Positions 8,524-18,804 of a stretch of DNA of 64,000 nucleotides are shown here, piece after piece. The translations under genes were made by a program, and so were the position numbers. Where the stretch lies: contig CAWGJT010000015.1 of the NCBI GenBank assembly GCA_963822965.1, forward strand, positions 96,001 through 160,000, in the 5' to 3' direction. Position 1 is the first letter of the stretch; each line of letters starts with the position of its first letter. This DNA is from an uncultured delta proteobacterium (GTDB taxonomy: Bacteria; Myxococcota_A; UBA9160; UBA4427). The notes under the pieces were generated by a model, which was not told the origin of the DNA, ran no database searches, and was given only the letters and a program-made list of their open reading frames with translations.

Positions 8524-9224
8524 GCAGCTCGCCTGCGACCCGCCCCCGCGGCCAGCAGCATGGCGCCGGCCAGGAGAAGTCCCGTTGCGGGCTCGGGAAC
8601 GTTGATCGTGGCGGTATAGGCGATCCCCAGGTCGGGCGGACCGCTCGCCGCCTCCGGAACGTCCACCGTGTACCGGAACGTCCGCGTGGCGACCAGGTCT
8701 CCGGCGACGAGGGTGAAGTCGTCGCGGGTGAAATGGTAGCCGGCGAAGAAGTAGGGACCGTAGCTGGCGATCACCATGGGATCGGATCCGGCGATGTCGA
8801 CGTCGATGTTCGCCCCCGAGTAGTCGAAGCCGCTCGGGACGAGACCCGTGAGGATGAGGACGAACTCGCTGACATCCGGCAGGGTGTTGTTGATGATCGT
8901 CCAGGTGATCGTGCGGTCGATGCCGGTGGGCGTGTCGTTGATGACGTCCGCCGACTGGAGGCCCACGGCGGCCGCCGTCACACCCGACGCCACGAAGCCG
9001 AAGTCCGCGTCGGTGGGGATGTCGTAGTCGGGAGACAGCTGGAGGGTGCTGTTGTCGAAGCCGTAGGGGGCATTGAAGTAGGGAATGGCCTCGGCGCGGC
9101 TCGAGGCCAGCAGCAAGGAGACGAAGCCGGCCGTCAGCAAGGCGACGAAAGCCGCCGCCCCGCGCGCGTGCGCCCGGGTCGCCCTGCTCCTCCTACGAAG
9201 TCGTCTTCCGCGAAGGTCCTGCAT
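8520..9224 (-). CDS. PEP-CTERM sorting-domain protein
   Basis: Signal peptide ending in AEA; C-terminus VPEPATGLLLAGAMLLAAGAGRRRAA (PEP, TM helix, basic tail). Confidence 0.9.
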   Translation of the reverse strand: MQDLRGRRLRRRSRATRAHARGAAAFVALLTAGFVSLLLASSRAEAIPYFNAPYGFDNSTLQLSPDYDIPTDADFGFVASGVTAAAVGLQSADVINDTPTGIDRTITWTIINNTLPDVSEFVLILTGLVPSGFDYSGANIDVDIAGSDPMVIASYGPYFFAGYHFTRDDFTLVAGDLVATRTFRYTVDVPEAASGPPDLGIAYTATINVPEPATGLLLAGAMLLAAGAGRRRAA

Positions 9225-9597
9225 CTGCCCGTCGTCCTCTTGCCTCGGCTCCGGCCGGGGCTCTTCCTCTTCCTGTCGTTGCGGTCGGCCCGTCCCGCGG
9301 CTCTTGCCTCGGCCCGCGCTCCAACCGGCGGGCCCGGGCTCCAGAAAGAGAGGTCGCACCTCGAGCCGGTCGGGTTCCCAGGTGAGTGCGTTCTCGCGGG
9401 CCGATGTGGCGGGCCGAACCCGGGTTCGGCGTGGATTTCCGGCTGGGATCGTCGATCTGCGTCTCGCCGAGCGCGAGTCGGCGAGGCGTCGCCGGCAGCC
9501 GTCGTGCAGCTTGGCTTCGAGCGTGTGCAGGTCCACCCATCGCGCGCTGCACAAGCCGCGCGCCGGCGATGGCCGGTCATTCGAGATCGTCAGGTTG

Positions 9598-10149
9598 CTA
9601 GTCCACGCGCAGGCGCACCGGGCGCTGGAAGGAGCGGTGCACCTCCCCGCCGTTCTCGACCACGGGCGGCCCCAGGGCGTCGTGCTCCAGCAGCCAGGCC
9701 ACGATGCGGAGCAGGTCGGCGTCGCGCGCCCGCACGCAGCCGCCGGAGACGGGCTTGCCCAGCAGCAGCAGATCGCCGCCTCCGTGGAGCGCGATGGAGC
9801 CCGTCTCGGCGAACGGGATCTTCGCCACGCCCATGGGTCCGTCGAGAGACGGCGGCAGCGGCTTCGCGCCGGCGGCGATGGCCTCCGCGCTGGGGTGCCA
9901 GGCCGGGTTCAGGATCACCCGGCCGACGGGATGGTCGCCGCTCGGCGTGTCGTGTGCGGGCGACCCCAGCACGATGCGGATGCGAGGACCCTCGTCGCCG
10001 CTGCGGACGTCGCGGGTGGTCACCTCGAAGCGCTCCCGATCGAGCTCGATCACGAGGCCGGGATCGTCCGCGGCGCGCGCCGGGACGACGGCCGCCGCCG
10101 CGAGCACGAGCAACGCGAGAAGCAGCGAGTGGAGCACGGGTGCGCGCAC
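9598..10149 (-). CDS. L,D-transpeptidase (YkuD-like) catalytic-domain protein
   Basis: Signal peptide, G....TP.G, NP.W.P, GPMG, IALHG...GKPVSGGCVR. Confidence 0.85.
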   Translation of the reverse strand: MRAPVLHSLLLALLVLAAAAVVPARAADDPGLVIELDRERFEVTTRDVRSGDEGPRIRIVLGSPAHDTPSGDHPVGRVILNPAWHPSAEAIAAGAKPLPPSLDGPMGVAKIPFAETGSIALHGGGDLLLLGKPVSGGCVRARDADLLRIVAWLLEHDALGPPVVENGGEVHRSFQRPVRLRVD

Positions 10150-10178
10150 GCGCGCAGCATATCGGATCGGACGCGCGC

Positions 10179-12035
10179 TCACGCGCGCCGCACGAGCACG
10201 GCCGCGAAGGGATCGCCTTCGGGAAACCCCCGCAGCGCGGGAAAGTCCGACCCGGCGGGAGCCGCCGCGATCGCATCCAGGCGCACGCCGGCTCGCTTCG
10301 CCGCCGCGGACACGAGCGCGTCCAGCGGCTGCTTCGGGCGGTCGTTGCGAGACACCAGCAGCCGTCCGCCCGGCGTCAGGTGCGCGAGCGCGCGCGCCAC
10401 CAGGGGAGGCAGCTCCTTCGCGACGGACCAGAACCGGCGGCCCGCCGCGGCCGCGGTCGGCGGATCGAGCACGATGGCGTCGAAACGCTGGGCCGGAGCC
10501 AGGGTCTCGAGATAGCGGCGACCGTCTTGGCGGACGCTCTCGTGCCGGCCGGGATCGATCCCGTTCGCCGACAGGTTGGACTCGAGCCAGCGCAGGTACG
10601 GTGCCGACAGGTCGACGCTCACGGCGTGGGCGCCGCCCGCCGCGAGCCACGCCACGCTGAAGGCGCCGGTGTGCGCGAAGAGATTGAGGAGGCGGCCGCC
10701 GCCGGCGGCGCGCGCCAGGCGCGCGCGATTCTCGCGCTGGTCGAGGTACAGGCCCACCCCGGGCGACGAGCGCAGGGGCCGGCCGAGGCCCGGGTCCACC
10801 CGGAAGCGGACCCCCCGCTCGTGGACGAGAAGCCGTCCCTCGCCCAGGCCGGGCGCTCCGGACGAGATCCCGCGCGCGAGGCGCGTGCACTCGAGCTCGC
10901 CCGGTGGCCGCTCGCGCAGGTGCAGCACCTGGACCACCGGCGGGTCGCCCCCCAGAGCCGGCGACAGCGCGTGCACGAGCGCATCGAGGGCCCGCTCGCG
11001 ATAGGTGCGCGTGGCCGGGCTCGTGACGAGCGCACGCAGCACGGGTCCCAGCCGATCCACGAACAGCCCCGGCAACCCGTCGGCCTCGCCGTGCACCAGG
11101 CGGAAGGCGTCCGTGGGCGGCGTCCCGGGCGGGGGCTCCAGCAGCTCGCGACGGCGCGCCAGGGCGGCGGCCACCCGGGCCTCCACGCTTCGCTCCTGCG
11201 TCTCCGGACGCTTGCCCGCACCCCGGCCCGGCCCTCGGCCGGACGGGGACCACACGCGGGCGGTGAGCCGGCCCGCTCCCTCGATGCACGCGCTGCCGAG
11301 CCGCTCGCCTCCGGGTCCGCGCAGAGCGACCCGGGTGCCGGGCGCGAAGGCCGCCGCATCGTCCGTGTCGTCGTCGCGCAGGATCCAGGGGTGGCCGCGC
11401 CGGACGATGCGGCTGGTGGCCGCGGACACGTGGAAGTCGGGTGCCACGGACTCGGACACGCCGTCGGGATCGCTCGCGAACACCGGCTCGTCGGGCCAGG
11501 CGGGCCCCGGGCCGGACTCCGGCGCCAGGTGCAGCCCCCCGGCCACCAGGATGCCGCCGTGCAGGGCGTCGCCGAGGATCGGGAACCCCGCAGCCGCCAG
11601 GCCGAGCCGCGCGTCCGCGGCGAAGCGGACGCCGCATTCCGGCTCGGTGCTGCGCAGCACGAGCTCGGCGACGCCGCCCCGTTCGCGCCGCTGCTCGAAG
11701 TCGATCCCGGCGCTCGCACCGCGGCGCCGCGCGAGCCGACCGCGAAGCCAGGGAAGCGACGGCACCAGCGCGCGCAGCATCGGCGACGCCGGCGGATCCG
11801 GTGCACCCGCGGCGGCGCCGGCGGCGAGCTCGCGGAGCTGCACCCGTTGCCCCGATGGCACGCGGGCGGCGAGCGCGCGCAGCGGCTGTCCCTGCACGAG
11901 CACGCCGCCCGCGCGCGCGACCGGCTCCCAGGCGGCGGGCTCGACCCCCGGCCAGCCCCGAGAGAGCAGGACCCGAAGCGGCAGGCTGCTGCCCGGGGCG
12001 CGGAACGACGCGGCAAAGGCGGGGGAATCGGTCAC
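10179..12035 (-). CDS. RlmI/RlmK-like rRNA methyltransferase with N-terminal S4/RluA-like remnant
   Basis: GHPWI (PUA), FRLVHGEADGLPGLFVD, GLYLDQRENR, LNLFAHTGAFS, LDPP. N-terminal part contains GFPILGDALHG. Confidence 0.85.
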   Translation of the reverse strand: MTDSPAFAASFRAPGSSLPLRVLLSRGWPGVEPAAWEPVARAGGVLVQGQPLRALAARVPSGQRVQLRELAAGAAAGAPDPPASPMLRALVPSLPWLRGRLARRRGASAGIDFEQRRERGGVAELVLRSTEPECGVRFAADARLGLAAAGFPILGDALHGGILVAGGLHLAPESGPGPAWPDEPVFASDPDGVSESVAPDFHVSAATSRIVRRGHPWILRDDDTDDAAAFAPGTRVALRGPGGERLGSACIEGAGRLTARVWSPSGRGPGRGAGKRPETQERSVEARVAAALARRRELLEPPPGTPPTDAFRLVHGEADGLPGLFVDRLGPVLRALVTSPATRTYRERALDALVHALSPALGGDPPVVQVLHLRERPPGELECTRLARGISSGAPGLGEGRLLVHERGVRFRVDPGLGRPLRSSPGVGLYLDQRENRARLARAAGGGRLLNLFAHTGAFSVAWLAAGGAHAVSVDLSAPYLRWLESNLSANGIDPGRHESVRQDGRRYLETLAPAQRFDAIVLDPPTAAAAGRRFWSVAKELPPLVARALAHLTPGGRLLVSRNDRPKQPLDALVSAAAKRAGVRLDAIAAAPAGSDFPALRGFPEGDPFAAVLVRRA

Positions 12036-12168
12036 GGCGCCGATGGTACCGAGCGCCGCCGGCTTCCCCGACCGATCGATCGCCCGCCCGATCCACCGGA
12101 TGGGAGCCGGACTCCCGAGGCGACCTCGAGGAGAGCCCCGGCGAGAAGGCCGCTAGACTGGCGGCACC

Positions 12169-13443
12169 GTGTCCAGCCGGTCTTCCCAGAAACTCGGCCG
12201 CGCGGGGCAGCTGCCCGCGCCGGTGTCGGAGACCGCTTCGCGCCTCGAAGCGGCGGGCTTCGAGGCATGGCTCGTGGGCGAGAGCCTGCTCGAGCTGGTG
12301 CGGGACGGCATGCCGCCCGCCTTCGAGATGGCGACCCCCGCGCCCACGGCGCGGGTGCTCGCCCTCTTTCCGAAGAGCGTGCCCACCCAGCCGGCACGCG
12401 GGGTCGTCACCCGACCCACCGGTGGCGCGCCGATCGACGTCGTGTGCCTGCCGGCGGGCGACTCCATCACCGACGCCCTCGCCCGGCGCGACTTCACGGT
12501 GGCCGCCCTCGCCTTCCGTCCCACGCACGGGCTCCTCTGCGATCCCCACCAGGGCCTGGCCCACCTGGAGGCGGGCCGCCTCTGCTGCGTGGGGCGCGCG
12601 GCGGATCGACTGCGGGAAGATCCGGTGCGGGTGCTGCGGGCGGCGCGGATGGTCTCGGAGCTCGGCCTGCGGCCGGATCCCGAGGTCGAGGACGCCATGC
12701 GCGAGAACGCGCATCTGCTCGCGACCGCGCCGGCCGCACGCCGGCGCCGGGAGCTGGAACGCCTGCTGCTCGGCCCCCGGGCGGACGCCGCGCTGGCGCT
12801 GCTGCGACGGACGGGCGTCGAGCGACAGCTGGTGCGCGGCGTACGCGACGACGCCCCGGCCCTGGTCGCGGAGATGCCCGTCCAGCTGGAGCTGCGCCTC
12901 GCCGCCTGGCTGCGCGGCACGCGCACCCGGCGCCTGCTGCGAGAGCTGCGCTTCGGCATCCCGCGCTCCCACCACGTGGAGCGACTGCTCGCCCACCACC
13001 CCCTGGACGCGTGCGTGAACCCGTCCCGGGACCGATCGCTGCTGCGGCTGCTGCGCCAGCTCGACGAGGTCGACGTGGCGGCGCTCTTCCAGATGCGCGA
13101 GTGGGAGCTGGCCCACGGCCTCGCGGCGGAGGCGGAGGCGGAGGCCGCGTCCCTCGACGTCCAGGCGACGCGCAAGCGACTGTCGGCGTTGCGGGACGGG
13201 ATCGAGCGCGTTCGCGCGAACCAGAGCCGCGGCGAGCGCCGCACCACGCTGGCGCTGGACGGCAAGGCCGTGATGGAGCTGCTGCAGTGCGGACCCGGCC
13301 GGCACGTGGGTGCGGCCCTGCGCTACGCCGCAGAGCTCGTGGCCGCGGACCCCTCCCGCAACGATCCGGCGATCCTGGGGGAGGCGCTTCGCGAGTGGGA
13401 TCGGCGTCGCCGCCAGGCCGGCGACGAGCCCAAGGCACGCTGA
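12169..13443 (+). CDS. Class II tRNA nucleotidyltransferase / poly(A) polymerase-like protein with degenerate catalytic motif
   Basis: [24 protein letters not shown] and C-terminal LALDG..VM..L...PG..VG..L. Motif A reads GESLLE...PAFEMAT. Confidence 0.8.
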   Translation: MSSRSSQKLGRAGQLPAPVSETASRLEAAGFEAWLVGESLLELVRDGMPPAFEMATPAPTARVLALFPKSVPTQPARGVVTRPTGGAPIDVVCLPAGDSITDALARRDFTVAALAFRPTHGLLCDPHQGLAHLEAGRLCCVGRAADRLREDPVRVLRAARMVSELGLRPDPEVEDAMRENAHLLATAPAARRRRELERLLLGPRADAALALLRRTGVERQLVRGVRDDAPALVAEMPVQLELRLAAWLRGTRTRRLLRELRFGIPRSHHVERLLAHHPLDACVNPSRDRSLLRLLRQLDEVDVAALFQMREWELAHGLAAEAEAEAASLDVQATRKRLSALRDGIERVRANQSRGERRTTLALDGKAVMELLQCGPGRHVGAALRYAAELVAADPSRNDPAILGEALREWDRRRRQAGDEPKAR

Positions 13444-13450
13444 CCGGCAC

Positions 13451-16375
13451 ATGCAGGACTTCTTCGACGCCGTGCGTGAGGAATGCAGCACCCGGATCTG
13501 GTCCCGGGCGGTGGAGCTCGCGCGCGCCGACGCCGTCATCGGCGAGCGGGACGACGACGACGAGGTCGTGCTGCGGGTCTCGACCCGGGGCGGCATGGTC
13601 TCGCCGACGGTCACCCTGTACCCGAACGAGACGGACTGGGAATGCGAGTGCAACACCTCGGAGCCCGTCTGCGAGCACGTGGCCGCCGCCGTCATCGCCC
13701 TGCGCCAGTCCCGCAAGGAGGGACAGCCGCTGCCCCGCCCGGCGGACGCGGCGGGCCGCCTCCGCTACGCGTTCACGCGCAGCGAAGGCGGCCTCTCGCT
13801 GCAGCGCTTCGTCGTGGTCGACGACCACGAGGAGCCGCTCCGCTCCACCCTCGACGCGGTGGCGTCGGGCCGCATCGACGGGCCCACGTTCACCGCCAGC
13901 TCCGCCGACGTCGCGGTCGAGCGCGCGCTGGGAGCGAAGCGCCGGGGCCCCATGGACCGGAACGCCATGCGTCGGCTCATCGAGCCCCTGTCCCGCTGCG
14001 AAGACGTGCTGCTGGACGGCACGAAGATCCGCGTCTCCAACGATCCGGCGGGACTGCACGGGCTGCTGGTGGACGCCGAGGGCGGTTTCACCCTCTCCGT
14101 CCGCGAGGACCCGAGCATCACCGAGCACTTCACGAACGACACCGTGCTATGTGGAGACGTGCTCAAGGCGGTGGGGCCTTCGGGGCTCACCGGGCGCGAG
14201 CTCGCGGACCTCCCCGGCGGCCGCTTCTTCCCCCACGACCGGGTGGCCGAGCTGGTCACCGAGGTGCTGCCCTCCCTGCAGGCGCGCATCCCCGTCGAGA
14301 TCCGTACCCGCAAGCTGCCGAAGACCGGTCGCGAACGGCCGCGCATCGTGGTCGACGTGCGAGAGCGACACGGGCAGCTCTCGGTGCTGGCCACCCTGGT
14401 CTACGGCGACCCGCCGGCGGCGCGGGTGGACGCCGGACGCCTCGTGCACCTGCGCGGGCTCATCCCGATTCGAGACGAAGTGATGGAGAAGGCCGAGATG
14501 CGTCGGCTTCGCGACGAGCTCGGCCTGGTGCCGGGACGCCGGCTCAACCTGTCCGGGGAGGAGGCGATCGCCTTCGCGCAGCGGCTGGAGGGCTGGCGAG
14601 GCCAGGTCGACGGCACGGCCCATCGGCTGTTCCGGCTCACCTCCCCCCTGGAGCCCCATCTCGAGATCGACGGCGAGCGGGTGCAGGTGTCGTTCGAGTC
14701 GCCGCTGCCGCCGGGCGAGACGACGGGAGATCGCGACGAGCGCTTCGCGGCACCCGAAGCGGTGATGCGTGCCTGGCGCGAGGGCACGTCCCTCGTGCGC
14801 CTGCGCGGGGGCGGCCTCGCGGCCCTGCCCGAGGACTGGCTGGAACGCTACGGGCACCGCATCGCCGACCTCCTCGCGGCGCGCGACCCCGGCGGCCGGG
14901 TGGCGACCCACTCCCTGCCCGACCTGGCGCGTCTGTGCGACGAGCTCGACTACCCGCCCCCGCCGAGCCTGGAGCGGCTCCAGCCCCTGCTCGACAGCTT
15001 CGAAGGCCTGCCGCGCGCCGAGCTTCCCGCCGACCTCGAAGGCTCGCTGCGCGACTACCAGCGTCACGGGCTGGACTGGCTCTGCTTCCTGCGCGACACC
15101 GGTCTGGGCGCACTGCTCGCAGACGACATGGGCCTGGGCAAGACCGTGCAGGCGCTCTGCGCCGTCCGGGGCCGCACGCTGGTGGTGGCGCCCACGAGCC
15201 TGCTCCACAACTGGCAGAGCGAGGCCCAGCGCTTCCGCCCGGGCCTGCGGGTGGACCTCTATCACGGCCCGGGCCGCAAGCTCGACCCGAAGGCGGATCT
15301 CACCCTCACGAGCTACGCGATCCTGCGGCTCGACGCCGCGGCCCTGGCGGCGGTGGACTGGGACGTGATCGTGATCGACGAGGCGCAGAACATCAAGAAC
15401 CCCGAGAGCCAGGTCGCCCAGGCCGCCTACGCCCTGCGCGGCGGCTTCCGCATCGCCCTCACCGGAACGCCGGTGGAGAACCGGCTCGACGAGCTGTGGA
15501 GCCAGCTGCACTTCCTGAACCGCGGCCTGCTCGGCGGACGCCGGGATTTTCGGGACCGCTATGCGAAGCGCATCGCGGAGGGCGACGTCGAGACGGGGGC
15601 GCGTCTGCGCGAACGGATCCGGCCCTTCGTGCTGCGCCGCCTCAAGCGCGACGTCGCTCCCGAGCTGCCGCCGCGCACCGAGGTGGTGCTGCGCTTCGAC
15701 CTCTCCGACGAGGAGCGTGAGGTGTACCGCGCGGTGGAGGCGGCCACGGTCCGGCCGGTGGTGGAGCGCCTGCAGGCCGGCGGCAGCGTGATCGCCGCCC
15801 TGGAGGCGCTGCTGCGGCTGCGGCAGGCGGCCTGCCACAGTGCGCTGGTCCCCGGCCAGCAGGCCGAGGGCTCGTCGAAGGTCGACCTGCTGCTGGCGCG
15901 CATCGAGCAGGCCGTCGACGACGGCCACAAGGCCCTGGTGTTCAGCCAGTGGACCTCGCTGCTCGATCGCGTGGAGCCCCACCTGGGCCGCGCCCGGGTG
16001 GACTTCGCGCGGCTCGACGGCACCACCCGGGAGCGGGGCGAGGTGGTGGAGCGCTTCCAGGACGACGACGGGCCGCCCGTGATGCTGGTGTCGCTCAAGG
16101 CCGGCGGCACCGGCCTGAACCTCACCGCTGCGGATCACATCTTCCTGCTCGATCCCTGGTGGAATCCCGCCGTCGAGGACCAGGCGGCGGACCGGGCGCA
16201 CCGCATCGGGCAGACGCGCCCGGTGGTGGTGCACCGGCTGATCGCGCGTGACACCGTGGAGGAACGCATCCTCGAGCTGCACGCGCGCAAGCGCGCGCTG
16301 AGCGACGTGGCGCTGGGCGGCAGCGGACAGGCCGAGGGACTCACCCGCGACGACCTGCTCGCTCTGCTCTCCTGA
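13451..16375 (+). CDS. SWIM zinc finger plus SNF2-family helicase
   Basis: CEC...[52 protein letters not shown]. Confidence 0.97.
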   Translation: MQDFFDAVREECSTRIWSRAVELARADAVIGERDDDDEVVLRVSTRGGMVSPTVTLYPNETDWECECNTSEPVCEHVAAAVIALRQSRKEGQPLPRPADAAGRLRYAFTRSEGGLSLQRFVVVDDHEEPLRSTLDAVASGRIDGPTFTASSADVAVERALGAKRRGPMDRNAMRRLIEPLSRCEDVLLDGTKIRVSNDPAGLHGLLVDAEGGFTLSVREDPSITEHFTNDTVLCGDVLKAVGPSGLTGRELADLPGGRFFPHDRVAELVTEVLPSLQARIPVEIRTRKLPKTGRERPRIVVDVRERHGQLSVLATLVYGDPPAARVDAGRLVHLRGLIPIRDEVMEKAEMRRLRDELGLVPGRRLNLSGEEAIAFAQRLEGWRGQVDGTAHRLFRLTSPLEPHLEIDGERVQVSFESPLPPGETTGDRDERFAAPEAVMRAWREGTSLVRLRGGGLAALPEDWLERYGHRIADLLAARDPGGRVATHSLPDLARLCDELDYPPPPSLERLQPLLDSFEGLPRAELPADLEGSLRDYQRHGLDWLCFLRDTGLGALLADDMGLGKTVQALCAVRGRTLVVAPTSLLHNWQSEAQRFRPGLRVDLYHGPGRKLDPKADLTLTSYAILRLDAAALAAVDWDVIVIDEAQNIKNPESQVAQAAYALRGGFRIALTGTPVENRLDELWSQLHFLNRGLLGGRRDFRDRYAKRIAEGDVETGARLRERIRPFVLRRLKRDVAPELPPRTEVVLRFDLSDEEREVYRAVEAATVRPVVERLQAGGSVIAALEALLRLRQAACHSALVPGQQAEGSSKVDLLLARIEQAVDDGHKALVFSQWTSLLDRVEPHLGRARVDFARLDGTTRERGEVVERFQDDDGPPVMLVSLKAGGTGLNLTAADHIFLLDPWWNPAVEDQAADRAHRIGQTRPVVVHRLIARDTVEERILELHARKRALSDVALGGSGQAEGLTRDDLLALLS

Positions 16376-16485
16376 GATCCGGAGCCTGACACCGGGACCG
16401 GACGCGCCGAGCCCGACACAGCGGGTCGCCCGGCCACGGGACGTGTCGCCCTCCCGTGCGGCGCCCGGTAAGCTCCGAGCCACCC

Positions 16486-17406
16486 ATGCAGCCCCCGTCC
16501 TTTCCCGACGCCCGGGGCCCCGCACGCAGCCGAACGGTGGAATCCCTGGGGATCCGCCTGCAGGTCCACGAGTGGGGCGATCCGCAAGACACGCCCATCC
16601 TGCTCTGCCACGGGATGTTCGATCACGGCCGCGGCTTCGATCGACTGGCGCCGCTGCTCGCTGACGAGCTGCACGTGTTGGCCCTCGACGCTCGGGGCCA
16701 CGGAGACTCGGACTGGGCCGAGTCGTACGTCTGGGACAACGACGTGATCGACATCGTGAACGTGTTCCGGTCCCTGGGACGCCCGGGCTTCCTGCTCGGC
16801 CACAGCAAGGGCGGCAGCCAGGTGGTCGAGGCCGCCATCCACCTGGCGGACGAGGTGCTGGGCGTCGTGAATCTCGACGGCTTCGGCCCCCCGCCGGAGG
16901 GCTTCGAGCATCCCCGGCACCGGGACGATTCCGGTAGGAGCCTGCCCGCACGCTTCGCGCAGTTCCTCGACTATCGCCGCAGCGCGGCCTCGAGCCGCAG
17001 CTGGCGCGCCTACGACAGCCTGGAGTCGCTGGTGGAGCGACGCCGGCAGCAGAACCCGCGTCTCACGTCCGAGTGGCTGCGCTACTTCCTCTATCACGGG
17101 GCGCGACGGGACGAGGACGGCTGGCGATGGAAGGTCGACCCCCACGCGGGCGGGGGCTTCGGGCCGTGGCGTCCGGACTGGATCGCCGATCAGTACGCGC
17201 GGCTGCGGGTGCCCCTGCTGGCCGTGGTGGGATCCGTCGAGGACACCTGGGGACCGCTCCCCGAGGCCCTGCTGTCGGAGCGCCTGGCCGGCGTGCACGA
17301 GCTCGAGCGCGCGGTGGTGGAGGGCGCGGGGCACTTCATCCACATGGAAGAGCCCCAGGCGACGGCCCGGCTCGTGCTCGAGTTCACCCGGCGGTACGCC
17401 CGATGA
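16486..17406 (+). CDS. Alpha/beta hydrolase
   Basis: HGMFD, DARGHGDS, GHSKGG nucleophile, GAGHFIH. Confidence 0.9.
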   Translation: MQPPSFPDARGPARSRTVESLGIRLQVHEWGDPQDTPILLCHGMFDHGRGFDRLAPLLADELHVLALDARGHGDSDWAESYVWDNDVIDIVNVFRSLGRPGFLLGHSKGGSQVVEAAIHLADEVLGVVNLDGFGPPPEGFEHPRHRDDSGRSLPARFAQFLDYRRSAASSRSWRAYDSLESLVERRRQQNPRLTSEWLRYFLYHGARRDEDGWRWKVDPHAGGGFGPWRPDWIADQYARLRVPLLAVVGSVEDTWGPLPEALLSERLAGVHELERAVVEGAGHFIHMEEPQATARLVLEFTRRYAR

Positions 17407-18095
17407 AGGGCACCCGAACCCTCTACCACGGCCGCGTGGCGCTGGCGCTCCACCCGCTGGCCCGGCGAAGGCGCGACGCGCCCGGGCTCCTGCTGCTGCA
17501 TGCGCTCGGGGGCTCGAGCGCCGACTGGACCGGCGCGGCGGACGCCTGGCCCGGCGACGTCTTCGCCCTCGACTTCTCGGGCCACGGCCAGTCGGACTGG
17601 CTGCGGGGTCACGGCTACTCGCCGGAGGGGTACGGGGCGGAGGCGGACGCGGCGCTCGCCACGCTGGCGGAGACGGCGCCGATCCATCTCGCCGGCGCCG
17701 GAATCGGTGCCTACGTGGCCCTGCTGCTCGCCGCCGCACGACGGAAGCACGTGCGAGGCGTCCTGCTGCTGCCCGGAGCCGGGCTCGCCGGGGGCGGCGC
17801 CCTGCCCGGCGAGGTGGACGCCGGGACGGCAGCGGTCTTCCGGTCCTGGCTGGTGGCACCCGAACGAGAGGCGGGCGGCCACGCGTTCGATCCCCAGGTG
17901 AGCCGCTGCGACCACGACCTCCGCCCCGTCGACTATGCCGAGGCCTTCGCCCGCGAGGCACCGCCGCTGTGGGTGGGCGAGATCGCCGACCCGCCGCCCT
18001 GGCTCGCAGCGACGATCCGCGCCGCGAAGGCGCGCATCGTCCCGGCCGAGCCGGCGGCGGCCATCCGCGCGATGGCGGAAGGCGCCATCGAATGA
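17403..18095 (+). CDS. Alpha/beta hydrolase-fold protein lacking the catalytic Ser
   Basis: LLHALGG and DFSGHGQS present; nucleophile elbow reads GAGIG. ATGA overlap with the upstream gene. Confidence 0.75.
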   Translation: MKGTRTLYHGRVALALHPLARRRRDAPGLLLLHALGGSSADWTGAADAWPGDVFALDFSGHGQSDWLRGHGYSPEGYGAEADAALATLAETAPIHLAGAGIGAYVALLLAAARRKHVRGVLLLPGAGLAGGGALPGEVDAGTAAVFRSWLVAPEREAGGHAFDPQVSRCDHDLRPVDYAEAFAREAPPLWVGEIADPPPWLAATIRAAKARIVPAEPAAAIRAMAEGAIE

Positions 18096-18147
18096 CGGCC
18101 CCGCCGCCGGCTCGCCGAGCGCGCGGGTGGTAGGCTCCGGCTCCGCC

Positions 18148-18804
18148 ATGCTCGAGCGAACGATCCTCACCCTGGTCCGCCACGGACAGACCTCCGCGAA
18201 CCAGGACGGGGTGTGGCACGGCTCTTCGGACACGCCCCTCACCGCGCACGGCGAGTGCCAGGCGGAGCGGGTGGCCGAGTTCCTGTCGGGCGCGCCCCAC
18301 CGCGAGGCGGTGGTCGTGTACGCGAGCCCGCTCCAGCGCGCACGCCACACGGCCCGTCCCATCGCCGAGCGCCTCGGGCTCGAGGTGCGGGTGGAGCCCG
18401 ACCTCGCCGAGTACGACATCGGCGCCTGGGAGGGAATGAGCTTCCGCGAGCTGCACGAGGTACACGGCTTGTGGGAGAAGATCGCCCGCGACCCGGACTT
18501 CGCACCGCACGGCGGGGAGTCTCCGCGACAGGTCGCCACGCGCATGGCGAGCTGCCTGCGGCGGATCGCCGAGGCGCATCCGCGCCAGCGCGTGATCGCC
18601 GTGAGCCACGGTGGCGCCCTCGCCATCGGGCTGGCCGCGCTGCTGGCCGCGGAGCCGGCCGCGGAGCCGGCCGCGGAGCCGGCCGGGGCCGGGGCGCCGG
18701 GCTTCACGCGCGTGATGCGCAACTGCGGCGTGAGCGAGCTGGTGATCGAGCCCCGTCCCGAGCTGCTCTGCTTCGACCTGGACGGCCACCTGGAAGGTCT
18801 GTAG
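18148..18804 (+). CDS. Histidine phosphatase (phosphoglycerate mutase family)
   Basis: [14 protein letters not shown]...G.WEG, GES, VSHGG; 12-bp x3 AEPA repeat near the C-terminus. Confidence 0.93.
   Translation: MLERTILTLVRHGQTSANQDGVWHGSSDTPLTAHGECQAERVAEFLSGAPHREAVVVYASPLQRARHTARPIAERLGLEVRVEPDLAEYDIGAWEGMSFRELHEVHGLWEKIARDPDFAPHGGESPRQVATRMASCLRRIAEAHPRQRVIAVSHGGALAIGLAALLAAEPAAEPAAEPAGAGAPGFTRVMRNCGVSELVIEPRPELLCFDLDGHLEGL

Noticed and set aside
8217..14483. 2088-aa ORF and other giant ORFs (9598-13716, 17190-20894, 28617-31949, 33299-36223)
   Set aside because: Arg/Pro/Gly/Ala-rich shadow frames overlapping genes with clear motifs. Only the last 183 aa of 9598-13716 is a real gene.
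13451..16375. SNF2 helicase as part of an anti-phage defence island
   Set aside because: No DNA methylase, nuclease or other defence genes are adjacent. Standalone SWIM-SNF2 genes are common.
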